A stretch of 63,455 nucleotides of DNA, filler included, from Actinomycetota bacterium (GTDB lineage Bacteria > Actinomycetota > Actinomycetes > JAKEEW01), in the NCBI GenBank assembly GCA_046725875.1. It is 6 parts of 6 records of this genome, joined end to end, with 100 filler letters (N's around TTAATTAATTAA, not from the genome) between each part and the next. Parts side by side here need not be neighbours in the genome. Positions count along the whole stretch, not along the records: positions 16,007 to 33,287 come from JBKOZJ010000003.1; positions 33,388 to 52,574 come from JBKOZJ010000004.1; 4 more parts are not named here. The stretch is one strand, 5' to 3'. Under the pieces are notes generated by a model. It saw nothing but the letters and a program-made list of their open reading frames with translations, had not been told where the DNA came from and did no database searches. The position numbers and the translations under genes are program-made. Below, piece by piece: positions 29,385 to 39,439 of this stretch; positions within the stretch are counted from its first letter, which is position 1; every line of letters starts with the position of its first letter.

Positions 29385-31373
29385 TCAGCCGCCGCCTCCA
29401 CCAGCGAGCTTCCCGACGTAGATCGTGACCTTGTCGCCGAATGGCCTGATCACATTGGCTACCGGGTCCTGCGCCACGACGACACCCACCTGGAGGGGGT
29501 CGATAACATCCTGATCCTTCCGGTCCACCTCGAAGCCTGCGTTCTGCAGGATTTGTATCGCCTCCTGCTCGGTCTTGCCGACAACGCCGGGAACCGGTCC
29601 CTGCTCAGGTTGTGAGGGCTCCTTCGCGACGGTCAGGCTGACAGTAGATCCGGCGTCAACGCTCGACCCTGGTGAGGGGCTTTGGTCTAGGACCGTGCCG
29701 GGTTGCGCGTCCGCAAATTCGGTCTCGTTTACGTTGACCCCGAGGCCCTTGTCCGCCAGGATGCTCTTGGCGTCGTCGACCTGCTTATTGCGAACATCAG
29801 GCACCTCGACCTGTTCCGGCCCGGTCGAGATGAGCAGCTTGACCGTCGAGCCTTTAGGCGCCCTCGAACCGGGCTCCGGGTTGGTTCCGATGACGTTGCC
29901 CTCGTCAACCTCGGCGCTGGCCTGCTCCACGCGCTGCACATCGAAGCCGAGGCCCTGCAATGCCGCCGCCGCCGCATCCGCCGACATCTGGGTGATGTTC
30001 GCCGGGATTGCTACGGTCTGTACGCCCTTCGACACGCACAGCGTGACGGTGCTACCAGGCTCGGCCTGAGTGGCACCTTTCGGTGACTGGCTGAGCACTC
30101 GGCCCCTTCCGATCTCAGAGTTGAACGCGCCACAAGCTGCGTCGACCACCGGGTTGAAGCCGGCGTTGGTAAGTGTCTCCTTCGCTTCGGCTTGCGTGGA
30201 GTTGAGCACGGAAGGTACAGCCTGGGTTTTGTTCTCGTCGCCACCGCCGAGCAGGGCGCGGCCGATGAGCGCGGCCAGTGCGAAGACAGCGATGACCGCC
30301 AGCACGACCAGCGCGATCATCGGTCCCTTGTTCTGTTTCGGCGGCTGGGACTGGTAGCCGGGCGGTGGACCGCCCGGTCCCTCGGGCCCCTCAGGCCCAT
30401 AAGCCCCATAGCCACCCATGCCGGCCGGTACGACGGTCGTCGGCTGCATGAGCTGCGTCGTGGCTCCGGCGGGCCGCTGCGACGGCAGCGGCCGGGTCGG
30501 GTCGCCGGCAAACACCGGCGGTGCAGCCACCGGGCGGCCGTCGAGTGCACGGTCAATGTCGGCCCGCATCTCGTCCGCGGACTGATAGCGGTTTTCCGGG
30601 TTCTTCGCCAGCGCCTTCAATACGATCGCGTCGAGCTCCGGCGAAACCTCCGGGTCGAACTGCGAGGGCGGCAGCGGCTCTTCCCGTACATGCTGATAGG
30701 CCACGGACACCGGCGAGTCACCCATGAACGGCGGCCGGCCGGTAAGCAGCTCGTAAAGCAGACAACCCGTCGAGTAGATGTCGGATCGAGCATCGACATG
30801 CTCGCCCTTGGCCTGCTCGGGCGACAGGTATTGCGCGGTACCGATCACCGCGGCGGTCGCGGTCATCGTCGCGCCGACATCGGCGACTGCCCGGGCGATG
30901 CCGAAATCCATGACCTTGACGTGGCCGCTGCGGGTCAGCATTACGTTGCCCGGCTTGATGTCCCGGTGGACGATCCCGTTGCGGTGGGAGTACTCGAGCG
31001 CTTGCAGAACCCCGGCCACGATCTCGAGCGCCCGCTCCGGCAGCAACCTGCGGCCGGATTGCAGGAGTTCGCGCAGCGTCGTGCCGTCCACGTACTCCAT
31101 GACGATGTACGGGAGCGGTGTCCCGTTGAGCAGGTCCTCACCGGTGTCGTACACCGCGACGACGGCCGGGTGGTTCAACGAGGCGGCGGATTGGGCCTCG
31201 CGCCGGAACCGCGCCTGGAAGGTAGGGTCGCTGGCGAGGTCGGCACGCAGCGTTTTCACCGCGACAGTACGGCCGAGGCGCACGTCCCGGCCCATATGGA
31301 CCTCGGCCATGCCACCACGGCCGAGCACGCCGCCCAGCTCGTAGCGGCCGCCGATGAGACGCGGCTCATCCAT
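29385..31373 (-). CDS. pknB: PASTA-domain Ser/Thr protein kinase
   Basis: GRGGMAEV, HRDIKPGN, DFG, YLSPEQ; TM; repeated VP.V PASTA units. Confidence 0.97.
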   Translation of the reverse strand: MDEPRLIGGRYELGGVLGRGGMAEVHMGRDVRLGRTVAVKTLRADLASDPTFQARFRREAQSAASLNHPAVVAVYDTGEDLLNGTPLPYIVMEYVDGTTLRELLQSGRRLLPERALEIVAGVLQALEYSHRNGIVHRDIKPGNVMLTRSGHVKVMDFGIARAVADVGATMTATAAVIGTAQYLSPEQAKGEHVDARSDIYSTGCLLYELLTGRPPFMGDSPVSVAYQHVREEPLPPSQFDPEVSPELDAIVLKALAKNPENRYQSADEMRADIDRALDGRPVAAPPVFAGDPTRPLPSQRPAGATTQLMQPTTVVPAGMGGYGAYGPEGPEGPGGPPPGYQSQPPKQNKGPMIALVVLAVIAVFALAALIGRALLGGGDENKTQAVPSVLNSTQAEAKETLTNAGFNPVVDAACGAFNSEIGRGRVLSQSPKGATQAEPGSTVTLCVSKGVQTVAIPANITQMSADAAAAALQGLGFDVQRVEQASAEVDEGNVIGTNPEPGSRAPKGSTVKLLISTGPEQVEVPDVRNKQVDDAKSILADKGLGVNVNETEFADAQPGTVLDQSPSPGSSVDAGSTVSLTVAKEPSQPEQGPVPGVVGKTEQEAIQILQNAGFEVDRKDQDVIDPLQVGVVVAQDPVANVIRPFGDKVTIYVGKLAGGGGG

Positions 31374-31539
31374 CCGTCGGTGCCCTTCCTCTACCTATTC
31401 GCCGGACACGTGGCGCGTTCGTTACAGACGCGCGCGCGGCCTGCGCCGTTCCAGCGACCTCGCACACCGTACCGGCTCTCGCTGGGTCGATGTTCGCTGC
31501 TGTCCGATTGTGCCCGAAATACGGTGCATATACCGGCGC

Positions 31540-32805
31540 TCATGCTAACCACCGGCCGACGAGCAGCAGGATCACCAGCGATGCCGCACCGACGAGCAGG
31601 GGCCGTCGAGTGGTCGGCCGTCGCACTGCCTCGACCATGTTCGCCAATGGGAGCCGACGTCGCGACGCGCGGCGCCGCCGGCCGGTCGGGCGCGCCTGCA
31701 GCTCCTTAAGGAATGTCGTACCACCCGGAAGGCGGCGCGAGGCTGTTCCCTCCCGAGACCGCTGATCGACCGTGCTTGGCCGCGCGTTGTCTGCGCCGGA
31801 CTTGTCCGCCTTATCCGTATCTAGAACCCGCGGCTGCTCGTGGAAGACGCGCGACGCCTCGTTTCGAGCCGCGGCTTGCGGTGGCGGGGGAGCGGGCGTG
31901 GTCGGCCCGAGCCGGTGGGGCTCGGGCGGCCGGAGTGTCGAGCTGAGGGTCGAGCGCAGCCGGGCGATCTCGCGGGCAAGCGAATCGGCGGAGACGGGCC
32001 GCTGTGCCGGCTCCTTGGCAAGCAGCCTGTGTACGAGGCCGGCAACAGGTGCAGGCACGGCGGGCGGCAACGCCGGCGGTGGCTGGCTGACGTGCGCCAT
32101 AGCGACTGTGACCGGGTTTCCACCCTGGAAGGGACGGCGCCCCGCCAGCGACTCGTACAAGACGATGCCGAGCGCATAGAGGTCGGAAGCAGGCGTTGCG
32201 TCCCGCCCGCTCGCCTGCTCCGGCGAAAGGTACTCGGCCGTGCCCATGACGGTGCCGGTTCCGGTCAGCGACCGGTCGCCCACGGCCCGGGCTATCCCGA
32301 AGTCGGTGATCTTCACCCGGTCGTTCGGCGTAACTATGAGATTGGGCGGCTTGATGTCCCGGTGTACGACGCCGGCATCGTGCGCGGTTTGCAGCGCCAG
32401 CGCCGCCTGACCTACATAGCGCAGCGCGCGGTCGGGTTCCAGTGTCGCCTCCCGGGAGAGGATCCAGGCCAGCGGCTCGCCGGGGATGAACTCCATCACC
32501 AGATAGGCATAGCCGCCCTGCTCGCCGTAGTCGTGGACGGCGGCGATCCCGGGATGAGACAGCGCTGCGGTATTGCGGGCCTCCGCCCGGAACCGATCGA
32601 GGAAGCCCGAGTCCAGGGCCAGGTCTTCACGCAGGAGTTTGATCGCGACGACGCGGTTCAGCAGCTCGTCGGTCCCGCGCCATACCTCCCCCATGCCACC
32701 CCGCGCTATTCGCTCAGTAAGCCGGTACCGGGCCCCGAGGAGGGACTCGGTGGCGGACGGGTAGCGGGGGGTCGTCCGCCCGGGGACGGGCGCTGCGTGT
32801 GTCAT
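31540..32805 (-). CDS. pknA: Ser/Thr protein kinase with C-terminal TM
   Basis: ARGGMGEV, HRDIKPPN, DFG, YLSPEQ; lies between pbpA and pknB. Confidence 0.9.
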   Translation of the reverse strand: MTHAAPVPGRTTPRYPSATESLLGARYRLTERIARGGMGEVWRGTDELLNRVVAIKLLREDLALDSGFLDRFRAEARNTAALSHPGIAAVHDYGEQGGYAYLVMEFIPGEPLAWILSREATLEPDRALRYVGQAALALQTAHDAGVVHRDIKPPNLIVTPNDRVKITDFGIARAVGDRSLTGTGTVMGTAEYLSPEQASGRDATPASDLYALGIVLYESLAGRRPFQGGNPVTVAMAHVSQPPPALPPAVPAPVAGLVHRLLAKEPAQRPVSADSLAREIARLRSTLSSTLRPPEPHRLGPTTPAPPPPQAAARNEASRVFHEQPRVLDTDKADKSGADNARPSTVDQRSREGTASRRLPGGTTFLKELQARPTGRRRRASRRRLPLANMVEAVRRPTTRRPLLVGAASLVILLLVGRWLA

Positions 32806-33287
32806 TGCCGTAGCACCGCCTCCATGACGTCCTTCGCGATCGGCGCGGCTAGGCGCCCACCGGAGATGTCGGCCGCGTTCTCGGCTCCGTTCTCGATAAC
32901 CACTGCGACCGCGACCTGGCGCTCGCCCGCGGACGCGAAGGAGATGAACCATGCGTCCGGCTTCTGCCCCTCGCCCCGCTGGGCGGTGCCGGTCTTGCCG
33001 CCGACGACCACTCCCGGGATCTGCGCGTTCTCGCCCGTGCCGTTGTTCACGACGTCGACCATCATCGACTGCAGCTGCGTGGCTACTGCCGGCGGGACGG
33101 CCTCGCTCAGCTGCTCCGGCTTCGTCTCCCGGACGGTCGTGAGGTCCGGGGCGCGGATCTCGTCGACCAGGTAGGGGCGCATCACGACGCCATTGTTTGC
33201 GACCCCGGCGGCGACCATTGCCATCTGCAGCGGTGTCACCGCTACGTCGAACTGTCCGATCGCCGACTGGGCCGTCTGCGGCTTGTC
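32802..33287 (-). CDS. pbpA: Class B penicillin-binding protein, 3' part (continues in 52675-53787)
   Basis: TPLQMAMV, GKTGTAQ, GG.LAAPIAK. Confidence 0.95.
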   Translation of the reverse strand, partial: DKPQTAQSAIGQFDVAVTPLQMAMVAAGVANNGVVMRPYLVDEIRAPDLTTVRETKPEQLSEAVPPAVATQLQSMMVDVVNNGTGENAQIPGVVVGGKTGTAQRGEGQKPDAWFISFASAGERQVAVAVVIENGAENAADISGGRLAAPIAKDVMEAVLRQ

Positions 33288-33387
33288 NNNNNNNNNNNNN
33301 NNNNNNNNNNNNNNNNNNNNNNNNNNNNNNNTTAATTAATTAANNNNNNNNNNNNNNNNNNNNNNNNNNNNNNNNNNNNNNNNNNNN
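33288..33387. other. Artificial contig linker
   Basis: N44-TTAATTAATTAA-N44. Confidence 0.99.
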
Positions 33388-33946
33388 GGCCAGCGGAGTC
33401 CCGATCCGGACCGACGACGAGGCCGAGCCGGTGGCGCCGAGTGCGCCGCGGGTCCCCGCGCAGCCGTCCGGGTCGCCGGTCGCGGAGTCCGGGCCACAGC
33501 CAGAGCCCGCGCTGGAGCCGGAACCGGCCAGTGCCGCTCCGGCCAACGAAGCCACCGGCGATCCTGCGCATTACGAAGTCGAGCCGACCGTCGAGGAAGA
33601 GGTTGTGTGGACCTCACCGGCGGACTCGGGATGGGCCGCTGCCGTGGTCGCCGCGTCGCCGAACGTCGGCGGCTATACCGCCGCTGGGCTGCCGCGCCGG
33701 GTGCCCAAGTCCAATCTGGTCCCGGGTACGGTCGGGGGGAGCACCGCGGGACAGGGTCGGCACGCGCAGCGTTCGGCGGAAGAGGTGCGCGGCCGGCTGT
33801 CGAGCTTCCACCGGGGGATTCGGCGGGGTCGCGACGAGGCCCAGGTCGAGGACGTGCCGCAGACCGATGCGGTCGACTCGCCGGCCGAGCCCGATCCGGC
33901 CACAGGTGGGTCCGCGGATGGCAGCAATGAACAGGAGAACGGGTGA
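33388..33946 (+). CDS. cvnA: Conservon sensor-kinase-like protein (CvnA) C-terminus, 5' partial
   Basis: W.SPAD.GW, T.AGLPRRVP..NLVPG, RS.EEVRGRLSSF..G.RRGR; upstream of roadblock gene. Confidence 0.85.
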
Positions 33947-34368
33947 CGACTGAGCTCAGTCAGGCAGCACAGAACCTCAACTGGCTGATCACAAACTTCG
34001 CCGACCAGGTGCCCGGCGTGGCTCACACGGTCGTCGTATCCGCAGACGGTCTCCTGCTCGCGGTGTCGCAGGGATTCCCGCGCGACCGCGCTGACCAGCT
34101 CGCGGCCGTGGCTTCGGGCTTGCTGAGTCTGACGCAGGGAGCGTCGCGGGTGTTCGAGGGCGGTCAGGTCACACAGACCGTCGTCGAGATGGAGCGCGGC
34201 TTCCTGCTCGTAATGGCGATCAGTGACGGCTCCATATTGGCCGTACTCGCATCGCCAGACAGTGACCTCGGTCTGGTTGGCTATGAGATGGCGCTGCTCG
34301 TCGAGCGGGCTGGCCGGGTCCTCACGCCTGCCCTTCGTGCGGAGCTCCAGAGTGCGCTTCCGCGCTGA
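33943..34368 (+). CDS. cvnB: Roadblock/LC7 domain protein (CvnB)
   Basis: LNWL...F, VVVSADGL, ADQLAAVASGL.SL, GLVGYEMALLV. Confidence 0.93.
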   Translation: MTTELSQAAQNLNWLITNFADQVPGVAHTVVVSADGLLLAVSQGFPRDRADQLAAVASGLLSLTQGASRVFEGGQVTQTVVEMERGFLLVMAISDGSILAVLASPDSDLGLVGYEMALLVERAGRVLTPALRAELQSALPR

Positions 34369-34385
34369 CCTTAGGGGTGTGTCCG

Positions 34386-34745
34386 GTGAGCACTGGCCAG
34401 GACGACGTCCACGGAGCGCTGGTGCGCCCGTACGCCGTCACACGCGGACGAACCCGACCACGTCACCATTTCGCCATCGAAGCGTTGGTGTCGACGACGG
34501 ACTACGGGTCGCAGACCGGACACCGCGGAACGCCTGAGGTTCAGACGATCATCGAGCTGTGCCGGGAGGTACGGTCGGTCGCCGAGATCGCGGCACACCT
34601 GAGGGTTCCCCTTGGCGTTGCTCGCGTCCTCGTCGGCGACCTGACGGACGAAGGGCTGGTGCGAGTGCACGAGCCCGGACATGAGGATGGGCGGCCGGAT
34701 CTGATGCTGCTTGAAAGGGTGCTCAGTGGACTTCGCAGGCTCTAG
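34386..34745 (+). CDS. cvnC: DUF742 protein (CvnC)
   Basis: LVRPYA.T.GRTRP, SVAEIAA.L.VPLGVARVL, LLERVLSGLRRL. Confidence 0.93.
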   Translation: MSTGQDDVHGALVRPYAVTRGRTRPRHHFAIEALVSTTDYGSQTGHRGTPEVQTIIELCREVRSVAEIAAHLRVPLGVARVLVGDLTDEGLVRVHEPGHEDGRPDLMLLERVLSGLRRL

Positions 34746-35331
34746 TACGGCGAGTGCGACGGCCCGCCCAACGACGGCGACGGCCGCGACAACCTCCGTG
34801 AAGATTGTCGTCGCGGGGGGGTTCGGCGTGGGCAAGACGACGTTCGTGGGCTCCGTGTCGGAGATCGTGCCGTTGACAACCGAGGCCGTCATGACTGTGG
34901 CGAGCGTGGATCACGACGATCTGTCGCAGACCCCGGGGAAGACGACGACGACGGTCGCGATGGACTTTGGCCGCCTCTCGCTCGACGCCGACCTGCTCCT
35001 GTATCTATTCGGCACGCCCGGCCAAGGTCGCTTCTGGTTCATGTGGGATGATCTTGTACGCGGGGCGATCGGCGCGGTGGTCCTCGCGGACACGCGGCGG
35101 CTCGCCGACTGCTTCCCGGCGCTGGACTATTTCGAAGAGCGCGCGCTGCCGTTCATCGTGGCCGTGAACCGCTTTAATGGCGTACTCACCCATGTGATCG
35201 ACGACGTGCGCGACGCGCTCGCCCTCAACCCGAACGTGCCCATCGTCACCTGCGACGCTCGGGAGCGGGAGTCGACCAAGCAGACCCTGATCGCCCTCGT
35301 CGAGCACGCAATGCGCCTCCGCCGCCGCTAG
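34726..35331 (+). CDS. cvnD: Small GTPase / ATP-GTP-binding protein (CvnD)
   Basis: KIVVAGGFGVGKTT, TTVAMDFG, FGTPGQ.RFWFMW, CDAR. Confidence 0.95.
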   Translation: MDFAGSSTASATARPTTATAATTSVKIVVAGGFGVGKTTFVGSVSEIVPLTTEAVMTVASVDHDDLSQTPGKTTTTVAMDFGRLSLDADLLLYLFGTPGQGRFWFMWDDLVRGAIGAVVLADTRRLADCFPALDYFEERALPFIVAVNRFNGVLTHVIDDVRDALALNPNVPIVTCDARERESTKQTLIALVEHAMRLRRR

Positions 35332-35345
35332 CGCGCTTCTTTGGC

Positions 35346-35547
35346 ATGAATGTGCCGTTGGCTCGATTAGTTCGAGTCAACGGCACATTCATCACCGGCC
35401 GGTTCGCAACAATGTGCCGTCCGCTCGAACCGAGAGGGCGACTGCGGTGTAGCCCTGCGGCGTTTCGAGCGAACGTGCCGTTGCTTCGAAAAGTCACCGA
35501 ATGAACGGCACGTTGAGTCGAAACTATCGACTCAACGGCACATTCAT
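35346..35547. repeat. Cluster of REP-like palindromic units (ATGAATGTGCCGTTG.CTCGA family)
   Basis: 21-bp-arm hairpin 35346-35392; half copies at 35411 and 35471; second unit 35501-35547. Confidence 0.85.
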
Positions 35548-36906
35548 CTCAAACGCGTCGGCGAGGATGTCGAGGCCTTCGTCGAGCAGCTGGTCGGGGA
35601 TGACGAGTGGCGGCAGGAAGCGGAGTACGTTGCCGTAGGTGCCGCAGGTGAGCACCACGAGGCCAGCGGCGTGGCAAGCGGCGGCTAGCCGAAGTGTTGC
35701 CGCCGGGTCCGGCTCGTTCGTCGCGCGATCCTTCACCAGCTCGATCGCGACCATCGCGCCACGCCCGCGCACATCGCCGACCGCCTCGTACTTTTCCTGC
35801 AGCCCGGTAAGGCGGGCCAGCATGACCTCGCCGATCGCGGCGGCCCGCGCCACCAGGCCGTCCTCCGCTATGGTCCGAATCGCGCCGAGCGCGGCCGCGC
35901 ACGCGACCGGGTTGCCGCCGTAGGTCCCGCCCAGACCCCAGACGTGCGGCGCATCCATGATCTCTGCCCGGCCGGTCACCGCACCGAGTGGCAATCCTCC
36001 GGCGATCGCCTTTGCCGTGGTGACCAGGTCGGGGATCACGCCCTCGTGCTCGCAGGCGAACCAGGCGCCGGTGCGTGCGAGCCCGGTCTGGATTTCGTCG
36101 GCGACGAAGACGATCCCGTTTGCCCGCGCGTACTCCGCGAGGGCGGCGAGGAATCCCGGCGCGGGAACGATGAAGCCGCCCTCACCCTGGATGGGCTCGA
36201 TCAGGAGTGCCGCGACGTTCTCCGCACCCACCTCTTTGTCGATCTTCCCGATCGCCTGGACGGCTGCGTTCAGGCCGGAGAGCCCGTCGCGGTACGGGTA
36301 CGACAGCGGCATCCGGTAGATCTCCGGCGCGAACGGTCCAAAGCCCTGCTTGTACGGCATGTTCTTCGCGGTCAGGGCGAGCGTGAGGTTGGTACGCCCG
36401 TGGTAGCCGTGCTCGAAGACCACGATCGCCGGCCGCCGGGTGTACGAGCGAGCAATCTTCACCGCATTCTCGACGGCTTCGGCGCCCGAGTTGAAGAGCG
36501 CTGACCGCTTCTCATGGTCGCCCGGAGTGAGCCGGTTCAGCTCCTCGCACACCGCGACGTAACCCTCATATGGTGTGATCATGAAGCAGGTGTGCGTGAA
36601 CTGCGCGACCTGGGCCGTCACGTTCTCGACCACCCGCGGCGCGGCGTTGCCGATGCTGGTGACTGCGATACCGGACCCGAAGTCGATAAGCGAGTTCCCA
36701 TCCACGTCGACGAGCACCCCTCCGCCGGCCTGGGTGATGAAGACCGGAAGCGTCACACCGATCCCACGGGCGACGGCGTCCACCCGCCGGGCGAGCAGCT
36801 CGCGGGAGCGTGGCCCGGGTATCTCGGTCGCCAGGCGCCGCTCCTGCGGCGGCAGCGGACGCGACGATTTGGTGGCAGGTGAGGCAGCAGCCGACAGATC
36901 AACCAT
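35524..36906 (-). CDS. gabT: 4-aminobutyrate--2-oxoglutarate aminotransferase
   Basis: FTHTCF, NSGAEAVENA.K, EPIQGEGG, ADEIQTG, TAKAIAGG, GGTYGGNP. Confidence 0.95.
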   Translation of the reverse strand: MVDLSAAASPATKSSRPLPPQERRLATEIPGPRSRELLARRVDAVARGIGVTLPVFITQAGGGVLVDVDGNSLIDFGSGIAVTSIGNAAPRVVENVTAQVAQFTHTCFMITPYEGYVAVCEELNRLTPGDHEKRSALFNSGAEAVENAVKIARSYTRRPAIVVFEHGYHGRTNLTLALTAKNMPYKQGFGPFAPEIYRMPLSYPYRDGLSGLNAAVQAIGKIDKEVGAENVAALLIEPIQGEGGFIVPAPGFLAALAEYARANGIVFVADEIQTGLARTGAWFACEHEGVIPDLVTTAKAIAGGLPLGAVTGRAEIMDAPHVWGLGGTYGGNPVACAAALGAIRTIAEDGLVARAAAIGEVMLARLTGLQEKYEAVGDVRGRGAMVAIELVKDRATNEPDPAATLRLAAACHAAGLVVLTCGTYGNVLRFLPPLVIPDQLLDEGLDILADAFEMNVPLSR

Positions 36907-37015
36907 GGTCTGACTATCCCACGCGACGGCATCTCAACGAGAAGTCATGCGCGGGCTGACAGCACTGCCGATCAGCGCTGAAGGCGCGCGGCCGATCAGG
37001 GAGAATAGGCGCACT

Positions 37016-38221
37016 ATGACGAAACCCCGCGATGTCGTGATCCTCGGCAGCACGGGCTCCATCGGCACCCAGGCGATCGACGTGGTCCGCCGCAACCGTG
37101 CCCGGTTCCGAGTCGTCGCTCTTGGCGCAGGTGGCGGCGATGTCGGACTGCTAGCGCGGCAGGCGCTCGAGCTCCAAGTCGAGGCCGTCGGGGTGGCGAA
37201 GGCGAGCGCGGCATCCGATCTCCAGCTCGCCTTCTATGCCGAAGCGCAGCGGCAGGGCTTTGCTCGCGGCGACTATTCCATTCCGCGAATCATCGCGGGC
37301 CGTGATGCATGTGCTGAGGTCGCCGGCTGGCCGGCCGACCTCGTGCTGAACGGCATCAACGGCTCGATCGGCCTGGCCCCAACCATGGCCGCGCTTGCGG
37401 CCGGTCGCACCCTCGCACTCGCCAACAAAGAGTCCCTGATCGCCGCCGGACCCTTGGTAAAGTCGCTCGCCAATCCGGGACAGATCGTTCCAGTCGACTC
37501 CGAGCACTCGGCGCTGGCGCAGTGCCTGCGCACCGGTACGGCCGAGGAGGTCCGGCGGCTGGTCATCACGGCGAGCGGTGGACCATTTCGCGGCCGGTCG
37601 AGGTCCGACCTCGCGGACGTGACGCCGTCGGATGCGCTCGCGCACCCGACCTGGTCGATGGGGCCGGTCATCACAGTCAACTCGGCAACCCTGGTCAACA
37701 AGGCGCTGGAGGTGATCGAGGGCCACCTGCTCTTCGACATCCCCCTGAAGCGCATCGAGGTGGTCGTGCATCCTCAGTCGATCGTGCACTCCATGGTCGA
37801 GTTCTGGGATGGAGCCACGATCGCTCAGGCGAGCCCACCCGACATGCGGCTGCCGATCGCGCTCGCGTTGGCTTGGCCCGACCGGGTGCCGGAGGCAGCC
37901 CGGCCCTGCGACTGGACCGCCGCCGCCACCTGGGAGTTCCAGCCGTTGGACAACGAAGCGTTCCCGGCGGTGAGCCTCGGCCGGTCGGCCGCTGGCGCCG
38001 GCGGGACCGCGCCGGCTGTCTTCAACGCCGCCAACGAGGAGTGCGTTGCCGCGTTCCTGGCCGGCCGGCTGCCCTTCCTGGGGATCGTGGATACCGTGGG
38101 GGAGGTCCTGGCGGAACACCAGCCGGCCGCCGTGCGTCAGATCGACGACGTGTACGCCGCGGAGGAGTGGGCGCGCAGCCGGGCCCGCGAGCTGTCGGCA
38201 AGTAAGACGAGGGAACTGTGA
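37016..38221 (+). CDS. dxr: 1-deoxy-D-xylulose-5-phosphate reductoisomerase
   Basis: [39 protein letters not shown]. Confidence 0.98.
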   Translation: MTKPRDVVILGSTGSIGTQAIDVVRRNRARFRVVALGAGGGDVGLLARQALELQVEAVGVAKASAASDLQLAFYAEAQRQGFARGDYSIPRIIAGRDACAEVAGWPADLVLNGINGSIGLAPTMAALAAGRTLALANKESLIAAGPLVKSLANPGQIVPVDSEHSALAQCLRTGTAEEVRRLVITASGGPFRGRSRSDLADVTPSDALAHPTWSMGPVITVNSATLVNKALEVIEGHLLFDIPLKRIEVVVHPQSIVHSMVEFWDGATIAQASPPDMRLPIALALAWPDRVPEAARPCDWTAAATWEFQPLDNEAFPAVSLGRSAAGAGGTAPAVFNAANEECVAAFLAGRLPFLGIVDTVGEVLAEHQPAAVRQIDDVYAAEEWARSRARELSASKTREL

Positions 38222-39429
38222 TGATCTTTGGCGTCCTAGGTTTCGTCGTGGTCGTCCTGCTCTCGATCATGCTCCACGAGTTCGGGCACCTGTTGACCGC
38301 CAAGTCCTTCGGGATGAAGGCCACGGAGTTCTTCGTGGGGTTCGGGCAACGGCTGTGGTCGTTCCGCCGGGGTGAGACGGAGTACGGGGTCAAGGCCATC
38401 CCGGCCGGTGGCTACGTCCGAATCATCGGCATGAGCGAGAGCGAGGAAGTCGCCCCCAGGGACGAACCACGGGCATTTTACCGGAAGCCGGCGTGGCAGC
38501 GCCTGGTCGTGCTGTCCGCTGGTTCGGCGACGCATTTCCTCATTGCGTTCGTTCTGCTCGCCGGCGTGTTCTTGACGGTGGACCAGTCGCAGCCGACGAC
38601 GACCATCGGATCGGTGTCGCCGTGCGTGACCAGCGGCTCGGCCAGCGACTGTGGATCCGCGGATCCGGTGTCTCCGGCGGCGGCGGCAGGCTTCCAGCCA
38701 GGAGATCGAGTGGTGACAGCGGCCGGGCAGCCCGTCGGCTCGTGGGACGACTTTGTCCGGCTGATCCGCGACTCGGCCGGGCGGCAGGTCGACGTGGTGG
38801 TCGAACGCGACGGTCAGGAAGTCACGCTGCATCCGACGCCGATCGCCCGCGAGCGGCCCGATCCCGACAACCCGGCGAGGACAGTGACCGCTGGATGGCT
38901 CGGCATCGCCGCGCAAACCGAGGCCTACCAGCCGGGCCCGGTGACCGCGATCGGGGATGCCGGCCAGGCGCTGGGCGACTATTCGAAATTGACCGTCCAG
39001 ACTCTGGCTGCCATCCCAAGCAAGATCCCCAACCTCTGGGACGCCACCTTCAACGGGGCGCAGCGGGACAGCGAGGGTCTGGTTGGTGTGGTCGGGGCCG
39101 GTCGGATCTCCGGCGAGGTGATCGCCGATAGTGAGCAACCGCTGTCCGCCCGCATCGGTGGGTTCTTCATCATGATGGCCGGGCTCAATGTGATCATCGG
39201 GATTTTCAACATGTTGCCGTTGCTCCCCATGGACGGCGGCCACGTCGCACTGCTGCTGGTCGAACGAGGGCGGGCGGCCGTCTACCGGCTCGTCGGACGG
39301 CCCGATCCCGGTCGGCTTGACCCCGCCAAGCTTCTCCCGGCGACCTATGCCGTGCTCATCCTGCTCGTCATGCTGACCGTGCTGCTTGTCACAGCCGATA
39401 TCGTGAACCCCGTCCGGCTGCCGTCGTGA
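38218..39429 (+). CDS. rip1: M50 site-2 (RseP/Rip1-like) metalloprotease with PDZ domain
   Basis: [24 protein letters not shown]; between dxr and ispG. Confidence 0.93.
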   Translation: MMIFGVLGFVVVVLLSIMLHEFGHLLTAKSFGMKATEFFVGFGQRLWSFRRGETEYGVKAIPAGGYVRIIGMSESEEVAPRDEPRAFYRKPAWQRLVVLSAGSATHFLIAFVLLAGVFLTVDQSQPTTTIGSVSPCVTSGSASDCGSADPVSPAAAAGFQPGDRVVTAAGQPVGSWDDFVRLIRDSAGRQVDVVVERDGQEVTLHPTPIARERPDPDNPARTVTAGWLGIAAQTEAYQPGPVTAIGDAGQALGDYSKLTVQTLAAIPSKIPNLWDATFNGAQRDSEGLVGVVGAGRISGEVIADSEQPLSARIGGFFIMMAGLNVIIGIFNMLPLLPMDGGHVALLLVERGRAAVYRLVGRPDPGRLDPAKLLPATYAVLILLVMLTVLLVTADIVNPVRLPS

Positions 39430-39439
39430 AGGTGGACCA

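Noticed and set aside
31540..31700. pknA truncated by a frameshift
   Set aside because: The protein ends right after a TM helix, but no alternative-frame continuation is evident and PknA ectodomains are variable.
23000..33287. parS sites in the oriC-proximal cluster
   Set aside because: No GTTTCACGTGAAAC match was seen by eye.
35930..35946. gabT HVWGLGG (Trp where Gly or a small residue is usual) as inactivation
   Set aside because: A single substitution with all catalytic motifs intact; cannot be judged without an alignment or reads.
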